From assembly GCA_015680685.1 (NCBI GenBank), contig MNCI01003076.1:19389-83388 (forward strand): a stretch of DNA of 64,000 nt, written 5' to 3'. The stretch is from Gnetum montanum (taxonomy: Eukaryota > Plantae > Gnetophyta). Shown here one piece after another: positions 25,863 through 38,750 of the stretch (position 1 is its first letter; every line of letters begins with the position of its first letter). The translations under genes and the position numbers were made by a program. A model generated the notes under the pieces. The model searched no databases. It worked only from the letters and a program-made list of their open reading frames with translations, and was not told where the DNA came from.

Positions 25863-26689
25863 TTTTGGATTCAATTTAATTTTGAAGGGTTAAAGCAAAT
25901 CGAAGTAATCCTACTTCAAAAAGATAGAATTTTTTATTATTTTCACTATTCCTAACATAAGGGGACTTATTCACGTCAAAAAAATAAAATGTTGAATTTT
26001 CAATTATTAATAGAAAGAATAATATACACATATGTATGTATGGGTGTTCAAACCTCAAAATAATCATAGGGGGATTCAGGCTTCAAAAAATATTAATAAT
26101 ACGTAAAGAAAATTTAAAGTGCATCACATGCTTTACACTGAGTAGACATGAAGTATACAATCTTATGATTGAAAATTTGAAAAAATAAGTGAAGAAAATT
26201 AATTGTTAGTAGGGAGGAAGGTTACTTAAAACATCACTTTTCAATATCCATGCTTGAACTTAAAATAGCAAAAGGATTTGAGATAAAGAGATGTGGCTTA
26301 ATGAAAATTTTTCTTTCAAAGTAAGAAAGTGGTACCACCGGTGGAAGATATTCATCTCGACATGTGTTCTTAATCTTAAATTAAGAATCTTTTCCATCAA
26401 TTATAACCTTCTCATCGATACTAGTTTTAATCTATGAGTTAATAATATTCTTGTCAAATAAGGAAAAATTACCTTATGAGCTATCTATTTGAGTTGCTTA
26501 ATACTTTTTCTAGTACTAGCAAAAATATACATTGGAGCTTTTTTTTCCTCTAAACTCTTTATTGTCATTTGATCATTCTTATTGTTGACATTACCTTGAT
26601 TTTTTATATCTTCAACTTCATATTTTTTTTTTATCTTTAACTTCAACATATTTTTTCTTTTCTTTGAAAACTTTTCTTGAGTAGACAAA

Positions 26690-27300
26690 GATAAGCATTA
26701 AATAATTGTCCTTCACAATGGCAAAAGTTTCAAGAATTAGGAAGATTGTAATATATAATTGGTTGAATATAGGTTTTTCCTCTTGCTTGTACTACCAATT
26801 CTTTTTAATGATTGAGAAGGTTGATTTCAACAAAAAAAAAATGTCTATAGAAACCAAAAGTCATAGATATAGATTCCATATGGTTACTAGGACTAAGAAG
26901 ACTAACAATTTCATGCTCAACTTTCTAAAAAAATCAACAAAAACTTATATAGCTCAACAAAACATGGAACTTTAGCATATTCTTCAAATTTGACATTAAA
27001 ATTTGAAGCCCACTCATGAATGATCAATAGTACATGCTTATGAATGAAAGACCCTATATGTAGGGCACGTTGCACCATTGAAGCATTGCTGAACTCAACA
27101 AGTAGAAGAAGCCAAGAAGCTTAAAGGACTTAGATATCATGTTTTTTTATCATGTAATTTAACTGTTAAACAAAACTTCGATTATGAGGTAAGTAACCCA
27201 AGATTTGAATGAACATATATTATGATAAAATAATAATAACCAATGACTCATACACATCATCAAAAAGAAAAGATTCGAGTGTCTTCGTTCCATCAACATC
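26690..27300 (-). pseudogene. L1-clade LINE ORF1 remnant (DUF4283-like region plus zinc knuckle)
   Basis: Manual - strand translation gives LLVEFSNASMVQRALHIGSFIHKHVLLIIHEWASNFNVKFEEYAKVPCFVEL and QPIIYYNLPNS*NFCHCEG, resembling the plant L1 ORF1 pattern (GPW...L..W.P.F...VPVWV.L; YE.LP..C..C). Confidence 0.5.
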
Positions 27301-28676
27301 ACTAGAAAAAGACATTACAAGTTTTTTCTTACCAACTTATAAATTTGCATTTTGAGATTTAATAGGAATTTCTACATCAATAAAAAAAAGTAGAAATTTC
27401 AATATTGGTTGAAGAAGTTGGGAGTAATATAAAACTCCCCATAGGAGAATTCTAGAGAAATCAAATCTAGTAAAGAAAAATTGAAGAGAGAAAAATCAAA
27501 TCCATGAAAAAAAGTTAGATTCACTAAAGAAATATCAAATTCACTTTAAAAAATTAGATCTATTGACATAATTATAATACAAGAGATGAGCATCAAAGTG
27601 TGATGTCAATGGGCCCCTATTGACATGGCCTTGTCAATGGGCCCCCATCAATGGGGCCCTGTTTACATGGTAGTGCCCCATCGACAAGGTAGCATTGACG
27701 TAGCATTTGTTGCATCTACAGGGCCCCATTAACTCAGCCTAGCAATAAAAACTATAAATACAAGCTCACAACCGTGTTTATGAAGTCATGTCATAGTTGT
27801 AGCAGTGCTCTTGCAATTTTTCCATTTGAGAGTTAGAGTATTTCTCTGAGTGCAAACAACAGGAGTTAGAAAGTATACAAATCTTTATTCGAGCACTATT
27901 GTACCTTAACCACACCAGTGTGAACGATAATAAAGATGAGCCTTTTGATCAAACTTTACAGCACTTAGAATAGATTAAATATTTATTTATGCATTTATGA
28001 TTTTCATTAATTATACAAATAATTAAGCTAAATTAGACTTTCAGCGATTAGTTAATTAATTAAGCTAAATAGATTAAACACATAAGCATGACCGCTTCGA
28101 GTATAAACACATATTCGCTTGGTAATCCTAGCAACACTATTGTTTGGTGCACCTAGTAGCATAGCGCTTGGTCATCCCAGCGATGGGTACATGGGTTCAA
28201 GACGTGTACGAAAAGTGGGACTAGATGCTTATGTTAAGACTAGTTAGAAATTAGTTAATTAGTTAAATTAAATTAGTTATTAAATTACTCCATCTCTCTA
28301 CTTTAAGCACCAAGGAACATAAAACATAAAATAATAAAAATCATATGCCTCAATTACACATAGTCATACCTTTGTGCATCAAAAGTGTAATTGAGAAGAC
28401 AACAAATGACTACTAGGGCAAAGTTCACTTCCTAGAAGGCTAGTGTACCTGAAGACATAGAATCTGCAGAATTTGACTGGATCATGCGTGAATGCTTCAT
28501 AATTTGTATGGTTTGGCGTGGGGGTACTTGTCACCACTCATCATTGGCGCCATTGCTGGGAACTCTTTTTGTTGAAATGTATGCTATCTAGGTTTAGTAA
28601 ACATCATTGGATGAACCCTAAGGTCAAAATCATTCTCCTAACAAAGATAATTACATAAGCATAATGATTATCATAT

Positions 28677-30600
28677 TTGTATTACAACATGTCTTCTTCC
28701 CATAGGCATGATGATACTAAACTGCCAATCCCTCAAGAATGTAAGGTGGTATATACTCATCCAGATGAGTATGTGCCTAACTTCACCTTCATCCTACATC
28801 AGGATGAACAACTACGATGGCATGATATGGAAGGCAACATTGTAATGCCTTCCAATCGATCTATGCCTTTGATGCTACTTCAAACTCTCAAGAAGTTAGG
28901 TATCCCAGATCTTCAAGAGGAGGATGTTGTGCATGATCATGACTACTGGGACTACTGTCCCACTAAAACACAACACAGGAGAGATTAACACCAGGAGAAG
29001 CACCATGAGTTGATGAAGGGGAAATGGTTTACCAATCCCTTGTTCCTACTAAACCAAGATGACAATGAGAATCCTTCCTCTAGGGGCTTTCAATATGAAA
29101 ATTCTCCATCCCTTATTATTGGTGATGGGGGTGTGGCCCTGAATCTACATTCCACTATCAACAATCAAGGTTTAGGTAAAGATGGAAGTCAAGGAAAGGG
29201 CTTGGACAAGCATCAAGATGATAAGAAAACTGATGAAAATGGTCATGAAAATCAAAGGGGAATTGGCAAACACCATGGTGGTGGCAGTCCTCCTCCCTCT
29301 TGGCCCTCTTCATATGCATCTTTTTTTTCTTACTCTTTTGGTTCTAACAAACAACATAGAAAGAATAACCAGACAACAAAAATGATCTTCTATCCCATAA
29401 TGAACAAAGGGGTAACAGAGGACATCACCATCAACAACAAAATAATGATGATGATGAGCCTTTGTTAGCAACTTAAAGCATGCTAAATATAGAAGATGTC
29501 ATAAAAATTCCAACTAGGCATGTGAAAGATAGTCAAATCAAACAACTTGATATGAATAATATTCCCAAATTTGAGGGGGATATAACTCTGATCCACAAAC
29601 ACATCTTCAGGCTTTCCACAATGCTTGTGCCTTATAGAATATTGAAAATGATTGGCAGAAATTAAANGATGCTTGTGCCTTATAGAATATTGAAAATGAT
29701 TGGCAGAAATTAAAGCTATTCCCCAGGACACTCATCAAGGAAGTAGAAAGCTGGTACCAGTCCTTGGAGTTGAAATCCATCTTCAGGTGGAGTACAATGC
29801 TAGAGTTATTTAATGATAAATATCCGACATACTCCAAAGTGTCTAATTTGAGAAGGAAAATCCAAGGATGGAAGTAAGAAAACCATGAACCCTTGGACAC
29901 CATCATGGAAAAATACTATTCTCTCATAGACCGATGCCCCAGCCATGGTTAGTCTCAGCGAGAACAACTTTGCCATATCATCAATGGACTTAGATCAAAA
30001 ACCAAGAGAACTCCTAAGGTCTACGCCCAAGGGAGACTATTAGAACTTCAAGCCCATCAAATCCAAAGGCTAATTAAGTAAGTAGTAAAAGAAGAAGGAG
30101 ATCTAAGAAAACATGAAAGTGTAAAGGAATACAACAATGCTCGTTATATCAGAAAAGAGGGAGGTTTGATTTTGTGATAGTGAGGAAAAATCAACTCTTG
30201 ATGAGGTGGTTAACAAAAAGACCTTGCTAATCCAAAAATCTATGTCTAAAATTTCAGCTAAGGCAGATAAAATGTAGGATTCATTAGATGAAAAATTCCA
30301 AACTACTTTGAAAATTGCTAAAGAATCAAGAGAGCAAAGTAGTAATCGTAACCGCAGGAGGTGGAAAGAAGTTAAACATGCCTACCAAAGGGGTACGGGC
30401 AAAATTGCTGCAGTAGATGAAGTTGCAAAAACTAAGTCAGATGATGATGGTGAGTGTGACATCTGCTAATACAAACATCCTAAGGGATGTTGTCCCATCA
30501 TGTCACACTTACAGGAGTCTGGGGTGTATGCTCTAAATCGATGACTAGCAAGAAGGAAAACACCTAGAAGATTGTCTTATCCTCAAGGCAATCCTAGGTA
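28677..30600 (+). pseudogene. Athila-like gag remnant
   Basis: LDMNNIPKFEG...KLKLFPRTLIKEVESWYQSL...RCPSHG; Cys/His motif ECDIC*YKHPKGCC near 30455. Multiple stops. Confidence 0.8.
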
Positions 30601-31229
30601 GTTCCATCAATGGTAGCAATATTATCAAAGTGGAACTCTTCCATAACTATACGAGAAATGCCAACAATGGCACCAACCACAATCATGGAGGATGCCACCA
30701 CTAAGGTAGTAATACCCTTATAGGTAACCAAATCCATATGGATACTACATTTAGTAACCACTGTCTCCACGTGACTCTTCCAATCACATTTCTCCCTTCT
30801 ATCATCACTACTACCCTCCTGAATAATATAGAGCTCACTCTCCACATTCTAGAAGGGATGTCACATTTCATCCTTATCCTCCGCCTATCCCTACGCCTAT
30901 TCCTCCATCCTATACCCAACTACCACCTACTTCATCTATGTAGGATGAACTTCTAGCTCAACTGTAGCAACGTAATGCTACGAGGGCCATCAATCTGTAA
31001 TCGGTTCATCAACTAAGGGGTTTGGAACCTCATGCTCAAAAAAAGACACTTCTTTTGAACCAACAACCTTACTAAGTCATAAACTTAGATGACTAATCAC
31101 CTTGCCCCTACTTCATTTTCTACAAATCATTCCATTGGGTCTCCTTAAAACCAAATGCCACCCAAAATCCATACTGTTATGCCCTCCCATGTTGTATCTG
31201 ATTGGATTTGGGCTAGCAACCTTTTTAGG

Positions 31230-31570
31230 AAATTAGCTGATCTTGGAAGTCCTCTTATTTATTTACAAATTACTAGAAATGAACCATGTAAAGCACTTCT
31301 TGATTAACTTTTTGGTGTTAACTTGATTTCTCATGAGAAGTATACTACTTGGAACCTACCACCTCTCAAGAAGAGCAATATTAGATTAGAATTGGCAAAC
31401 CAATTCATCACTGTTTCATTGGAACTGGTCAAAGACACTGTGACCACTGTCTGTGGGTGGTCTTATCTTGCCAATTTCTTGGTAATCAAGGTTGAACACT
31501 GTAAGGGGAACCTCCCAATCAATATGGGAAGGTAATGGTTAAGCACTGTAGATGCAAGAATGGATAGCAG
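31230..31570 (+). pseudogene. Retrotransposon aspartic protease remnant
   Basis: KLADLGSP...KALLD*...GVNLI...IRLELANQ...VKDT...ANFLVI...PINMGR*WL matches the Athila protease pattern (ALCDLGASINL...LQLAD...DFVV...LGRPFL). Confidence 0.8.
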
Positions 31571-32099
31571 AGATCTTTCCTTAGAAATATCTAAAGAAAA
31601 TGCATTTGGAAAGGTTAAGAAGAGACAAGTTCCATGCATCATGTACAACAATACATGGTGCAATTGTGTGCAGAAACTTTGGGCATTGAAATGAGCATCT
31701 CTTTCTACATGAAAATAGTGTGCATAAGAAGCAAATATTCAAAGGTGTTTGTATGCAACAACCATAAAACAAGAGGACACACAGTGGATGACTATTGATT
31801 TTGATAATAGCAAAATGTGCATGGAACCTATTAAGAGCTTGACATGCACCTATGTTGCAGGCATGGATGAACTAGAGCAAGTTCATCACCAACTCTCTGA
31901 TGATGAGAACACTAATAACAATTGGAGAGAGTTGGAGATCCCTAAGAATTTTGAGCAAGAGTCCCTAAAGTTGAAAACTCTACCTGCTAGCCTAGAATAT
32001 GCATTTTTTAAAAATGGCAAGCTAGTTATACTCAATGTCAAACTTGCTTCTAAGCAGAAACTAAAACTATTGAAAGTGGTCAACAAATGGCCAATAGCC

Positions 32100-32810
32100 T
32101 TTGCTTGGTCTAAACTCACTGAAATTGATCCACAGATATGTTAGCATCGCATTTACACTTATTTGTCCATGAAGCCAAGGAGGCAACCACAACAATAATT
32201 GAACCCAAAATTAAAGCAAATTTTCAAAGAGAATAGCAACTCCTTAAGGTAGGGTTCACCTACAGTGCCAAAAAGAGATGGCAAATGACGGGTTTGTATT
32301 GACTTTAGGCTATCGAACATGGCAACATTCAAAGATTATTTTTTGTTACCATTCATTGATCATGTGTTGGACACCATTTTTAGGCATTGCTATTATAGTT
32401 TACTAGATGGTTATAGTGGCTATAACCAAATCTAGATTGCACCAAAAGATAAGGCCAAAACAACATTCACAAGTCCCTTGGGGACATTTGCATTTCACAA
32501 GATGCCTTTTGGTCTATGCAATGCTCCTGCCACTTTCCAACACCTAGTCTTTAACATCTTTTAGCAACAAATAGCTAGCATAGTGGAAGTCTTCATGGAT
32601 GACTTCTACACTTATAGCGCTACATTTGAGCAAGCCTTGGACTACCTTGAGTAAGTACTAAAAGGATGTGTGAAGACAAATCTGCAACTCAATTGGAAAA
32701 AGAGCCATCTCATGGTCCAAGAGGGCATTGTATTGGGGCATCGAATTTCATAGGACAGGATCAAGGTAAACCCCAAAAAGATAAGGGTCATCCAAGGAAT
32801 TAGCCATTAA
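32100..32810 (+). pseudogene. Ty3/gypsy reverse transcriptase remnant
   Basis: CIDFR...LPFIDHVLD...LLDGYSGYNQI*IAPKDKAKTTFTSPLGTFAFHKMPFGLCNAPATFQ...VEVFMDDF. Confidence 0.92.
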
Positions 32811-32824
32811 CAAGATCTATGTCA

Positions 32825-33960
32825 ATGGCCTAGTTCGTTGGTGTGTACCTGATGTAGATCAATTGCACATTCTCCAAGATGCTCATGAAGGCCCTTGTGG
32901 AGGCCACTATGCTGGGAGATGCATGACCATAAAAATCCTGATGGTAGGATACTATTGGCCCACAATCTTCAAAGATGCCCACTAATTTGTTCAATCCTAT
33001 GAGTGTTGTCAACAAGATGGTGGGATGACTGCACAAATAGTGGATTCAACCACTAAAACCCTTTAACATATGGGGCATTAACTTCATGGGTTCCATCACA
33101 TCCATGTCCAATGGGAAAGCATATATAATTGTCACCATTGACTACTGTACCAAATGGGTAGAAGTAGCAACCATCACCGACTCTACATCATCCACTACTA
33201 CTCAATTTGTACAACAAAATGTTGTGAACAAGTTTGGGGTGCCACGTGCACTGATTTCTGACAACAAAATCCATTTTACAGGTGCTACCTTTTGCAAACT
33301 CATGCAATAGTTAGGGGTTGAACATAAATTAACAACATCTTATCACCTCTATGTTAACGATCAAGGCAAGGTGACAAACAAAGAGATTACAAAGATTCTA
33401 ACAAGAACTATTACCAAATATAGGAGAGGTTAGAGTACAAAACTCAATGATGCCCTTTGGGCCTATTGCTCAACATGGAAACTCCCTATTGGCTACTCTC
33501 CCTATGAGCTAGTGTATGAAAAAATTCTAATGCTCCCAATTCAATCCGAGCTCCATACACTTTCAACAGCCTGTGACTTGGATCTCAACCTAATTCTNTG
33601 AGCTCCATACACTTTCAACAGCCTGTGACTTGGATCTCAACCTAATTCTAGCACAAAAAGAAAGACTAATTAACTTAAATGTGCTAAACAAGAATTGATT
33701 GGTAACCCTATCTTTGAATGAAGTGCATAAGGTATTCAGTAAACAATGACATGATCTTAAAATTCAAAAAGTGAAATTTCAACTAGGAGATAAGGTTCTC
33801 TACTGGAATCCTAGACACGTACCTCAGAAAAATAAATTCCAAACATTGTGGAAAGGACCTTATATAATTAATATTACCTTTCCTTTTAGGGCCATGATCA
33901 TATACAAACCTTAAGAGCCCAAATATAAAGCAGTTGGTCAACATCCAACAAATAAAGCCT
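32825..33960 (+). pseudogene. Ty3/gypsy integrase remnant
   Basis: Zinc finger HEGPCGGHYAG...GYYWPTIFKDAH...ECCQ; core WGINFMG...IIVTIDYCTKWVEVA...KFGVPRALISDN; WKGPY module near 33850. Confidence 0.9.
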
Positions 33961-35864
33961 TTTCATGAACCCAAGCAAGCCAGTGCAACAAATACCGCAA
34001 CAAATGGGAAACCACACTCAGTTTTTTGAATCTCCTCCTTCCAACACAGTCATGGGAGAGATGGTCATCTATGCTAATTATACACATGGCTCCTCAATTT
34101 TTCTATTTTTTGTTTTACACATTTTTGTCTTTGTAATTTGTTTATTTTACACCTTTTTCATTTTTAAACATTTTTCCTATTTTACACCATCATTAGTACA
34201 TTTAAATATTTCTTAAATATTTTACACTTTCTTATATATTTTACTNTCTTTGAATCCTTCCCAATTCTGGAAATTACCAAGGTCACAAATTTATTAAAAG
34301 TTTATTTAATGAAAGNATTTACATAGGGTGTGGCTTCAAGGGAACTCAATACTCTTTGTACTCTTCTACTTGCTTAGGTGCATGAGTGTTTTCATGGACT
34401 TTTTACTGTTCCATATCCACCAATAACATGAAGTTAAATAAAGTGTTTACATGATGTGGTTCTCATCCAAAAAGAAAAAACAAACAAACAAATAAACAAA
34501 ATAAAAAAAACATGATGGGAATTCAAAGTACACCCCTTAGATAAATAAACGGGCTACAAGCATTGATTATGGGACTAAAAAGACATGCTATCCATGCCTA
34601 AAGGTCCCCTCTAACTAAGGCCCTCTCTCACTTCCTACTTCTCTTTACAGAATGGTGGTTGTTCTATCGGAGCACTCTTGTGTCTCGAGGGGGTGGATCG
34701 GTCTTAGAATGGTGATGTGAAGTCACCAAAAGAGGTTGGTTTTGGTCTGGACTAAGGATGGATCTTCTTAGGTTATTTTAAACACAAATCCACAAGGGAC
34801 TTCTTATGACCTCAGTTCAGATTTCCATTCCACCTTCTCCATCATTCATCTGTGCTACTTGTAACTCACCTTACTGTCAGTGCCCATGTTCTTGATTCGA
34901 TGTCTTAGTTTGATGTACTTAAATTCTTAGGTGGAATCTTCCAGGTTTTGGTCTTTAACTTCCATCAACCATTAATCATCTATGGGGCCCACAGACTTCT
35001 TAGGTTGAGGTTATGCAAGGGCAAACAAGGCATGTGCCTGCTATGAGGAGGATCCACTTACATATCTCTTGGTTGGGTTTGATAAGCATCGTATCCTTAG
35101 GCATTCTTGCAATCAGAATCTTTCTTACACCCATCTTCTACATCAAACCATGTGCGCTTTTACATATTTTGTTCAATAAAAATATTCTACATCAATTTTT
35201 TTAATTTTTGAACTTTCAAAGACCCTCTTCAATGATTTCATCATATTCTTGGCTCTTCTGGAACTCTAAGGATTCTAAATTCATTCAAAAACTCCTTGTA
35301 TTTTTCAAGATATTTAAGTTTGAGAATTTTGTCTATGGGCTCTATATACAGGGCCTCATTGATGAAATAGATGCATATACAAGGCCCCGTATACGTGGCC
35401 CCATCAATGTAGTGGAAAAATAGTATATATATGTGTGACCCCACTTTGAAATTTTCACATGTTCTCACAAATGCCAAGGGAGTTTTTCAAATTTTCAAAG
35501 CCTAGAACCGTCTAGAGCCCATAACTTCCTAACCGTTTATCCAAATCACTCTATTCTTTGACCTTGTAACTACCAGAGGCAAGCTCTTAGTCGTGGGAGC
35601 CACAAATGTGCCATTTTTGACTAAATTTTTTTTGCCATTTTTTCTAACTTCCACAAAGGTTTAACTCAAAAATCAACATTTAAACACCAAATTACAAAGT
35701 TAAACTCTTTTCAATGAGCTCCAATGACATTTACAATAAATAATTAATAATCAATCTACCATGGTCGAACCTTAGCCAAGTGTAGCTAATTGATGAGATA
35801 AGGTATTCAAATATTTAAAGTTACACATTATATCTACTAACCCACAGATGTGTTGCTACTACAG

Positions 35865-38750
35865 ATGGCACCAAAAGGCAAACACACATAGGAAAGATGA
35901 CCATCTCAACAAAGGAAAAAATGGCTAAGTATGGAAAGTGGTCAAGAACAAGCCTAGGAAGAACCACTTGCAACTCATACCATAGGTCCTCTTAGGGAAG
36001 AGGTTAAGGTGGAATCCATTCGTCAGATTCCAAAACCAACAGCAGCAATAAAACATCAGCCCAACAAGCAAACTTTGAGGTGACCTTGATAGAAGCCTTA
36101 CTGAATCAAATCAAATCAAATCAAGGGAGGTCCAAAAAATAGTGCCCTAGGAGTTAAACTTTGGCCCTTTCCTAGAGCAAGCACCTAAATAAGTACAAGA
36201 CCAACTAAAGGCCTCTTCCATGTGGCCAATTATCACTTCCATCGAGGAGTGGTACATGGGAGAGACATTCTTATTCTAGAACAATAGGAAGGCTAGTTCA
36301 ACAATCAAAATTAAGGACATCTCAGTGTCCTACTCAATGCAAGACATTGCTGAAGTACTTAGGTTGCCAGAAATAAGGGCAAATCTCGCTGAGATTCCAA
36401 TACAGGTAGACCCCAACATTAAGAAAGAATGGGTGCAACGATGCTATGGTGTTAACTGCAAGGAGTTTGGTGTGCTCACACTAGTAGAAAGGATCCACTA
36501 CAAGATTATAGCATTCCACCTTAATTCCATAATGAGGCCAAGCAAGATCAATGCCTTTTCTACCCATGCATGTGCTACTTTGAGTGGGAGATTCCCTATC
36601 AACCTTTCACAACTGATCTATCTAGAGATGGAGAATCAATTTAAAGAAAATAAACATGGAATGAAGGCACTCTCCTTCCCATGCCTCATCAGAAAAATTT
36701 GTCGAAGGGGAGGGATAGTCCATTATACAAAAGATGTTGTCATGCATGCTCTAATTGCTAATTGGGCAGAGATGATGAAAGATATGACACTTGCAATAAT
36801 CATTCAAAAAGAGGAGTAATAGCCACTGCCTCCACCTGCCACTCAAACAACTATGCCAAACATTGCTAGAACAACCCAATAGTTGCATGAATACTAAGAA
36901 TGGCTCTTGAGTAAACAAGAGCAACGAGTAGGTATGAGTGGTAGGGACCCATCTATGTATCGACCAGCAATGAGTCACATAAATGAGGTGGCCTAAATAA
37001 TCAGCCTGATGGGAGGTGGTGGATCCATTTTCTTAGCCCAACAAACATAGTTGTCTATGAGACTGAATCCTAGTGCTAGAGAGGTTACGATATCTCTTGC
37101 AAAATAGCAGTGACTCCTAGAAATTTTTGGGAATGCCGCAACCTTCTTGGTGCACTTAGAGGAAGGTGAAGGGGGCAATAGTGTTAATGATGTAGCACCA
37201 AGGGTAGGGGACAGTAGCGGAGGTGGTTGTTAATAGAATTACTGAAATACTTAACGCACTTGCAGCATCTATACCAGATGTCATTACACTCAAAGATGTG
37301 TAGACATCCACAAGGATCATAAGTGGCAGAATAAGTGTTGCACAGCATGAAGAACTACTGGACCAATTGGTAGGAACTAGGCAACCACTTTCATATGTCT
37401 TTGATCTTCCGAGTAGTATTATTGCAACCTAGTCGAAGCTACTAGAGGCAAGGGGCAAAAAAATTATCTTGGAGGGGCAACTCGAAATAGCCAAGGAGCT
37501 GAATGAATGCTTAGCTATTGAAGTTGCTAAAATAAGAGCCCAAATTATCGATCCCACATTTCTCAACTCGGCATTAACAAGAGATGAAGCTCTTGAATAG
37601 TTTCACACCAAACTGAAAGGGGTTGAGGGTGCAATGGAGACGGTGGTGTTCTATTGATCCTTGGTAGAGGCTACACAGCACAAAATTCAAAAGGCCTTGG
37701 ATCAAACCTACCAAGAGAATGTGCAACTGATTGCAGAGAACCATTGCTTATGAAATATTGATGAGCATAAACAATAGTTAACTAACTTTATCCATCAATA
37801 GTAAGAGCAATTAGCTAGAGCAAACACAAAGCTAAGGAGATTGGTAGTTGAAAATAGAAACCTCTCCATGAAGGAGGTATGTGCCCTTCTCTAGAAGACT
37901 GCAATAGAGGTGGTCACCTGAAAATCAAAGGCTCTCAAATTTGAGAGAGCCAAGGATCATTACAAAGATTAGGTTGGTCTATAGAAAGAAGTGAATGAAA
38001 AGCACATCCAGTTGATGAAGACAAAAATAAATAAAACCCTCCAATAACTTGAGTAAGCAAGAGAATTATGGTAGCCTATTATTGATGGGATAGATGCCTA
38101 CAATAAGGCAAAAATCTGTATGAAGGAGTTGCAAATTAAGAAGATGATAGAATACATGGAGCTTGCTAATCTTTGATATGCAAATTTGGCTATGTTAACT
38201 ACCAAATAGCCATAGTTAGAACTAGAGAAGCATGTGGCTAGCTCGTAGTTGTTGTATGAGGCCGAGTTCAAGCATCACAAAGACACCAAGCAAAAGCTTG
38301 CGGTGGCAAATGTTGAACTTGAAGTTCTCAAGGGCAAATACATTGATCAAAGATCTACCGTCAAGAACTTGGCCAAAAGGATGAATGACTACCATGAGTT
38401 GTAGAACACAGTGAAGCCGTTTGATGTCGAATGCAAACAGTTCACTACCTGGTTTGTCAACATTAAGGAGTTGTTCCCAGTAATGCCTTGTCCATGGATA
38501 TCCCCATTCTAGCCCACACTGGCGATGCCATGTGGACTATGAACAATTCCTAGAGTAAGAAGGAGAAGATGAAGGCATCACTGAATGCATTTTGCCTTCA
38601 ATTGGAGGTTGCAATCATAGCAAGAAAACCATAGCCACCTTAGCCATTACGCATGCTCGAAGCTAATAAAGGTCCTTCAGAACCTTAAGAGCCTCCACCA
38701 CTTGGGACTGTTTAATCTTCTCCACTGCCTTCATGCCATTAGAGGATGTG
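35865..38750 (+). pseudogene. Athila env-like/extra ORF remnant with long coiled-coil-like tail
   Basis: Starts MAPKGK right after a CAG. 36325-36819 reads IAEVLRLP...PINLSQLIYLEM...LSFPCLIRKICRRGGI, a motif typical of the Athila extra ORF. Downstream region is E/K/L-rich with many stops. Confidence 0.7.

Noticed and set aside
29620-29716. Exact ~46-bp tandem duplication in gag
   Set aside because: The copies are separated by a single N (29667), typical of an unmerged contig overlap.
33548-33650. Exact ~50-bp tandem duplication in integrase
   Set aside because: The copies are separated by a single N (33598); scaffolding artefact.
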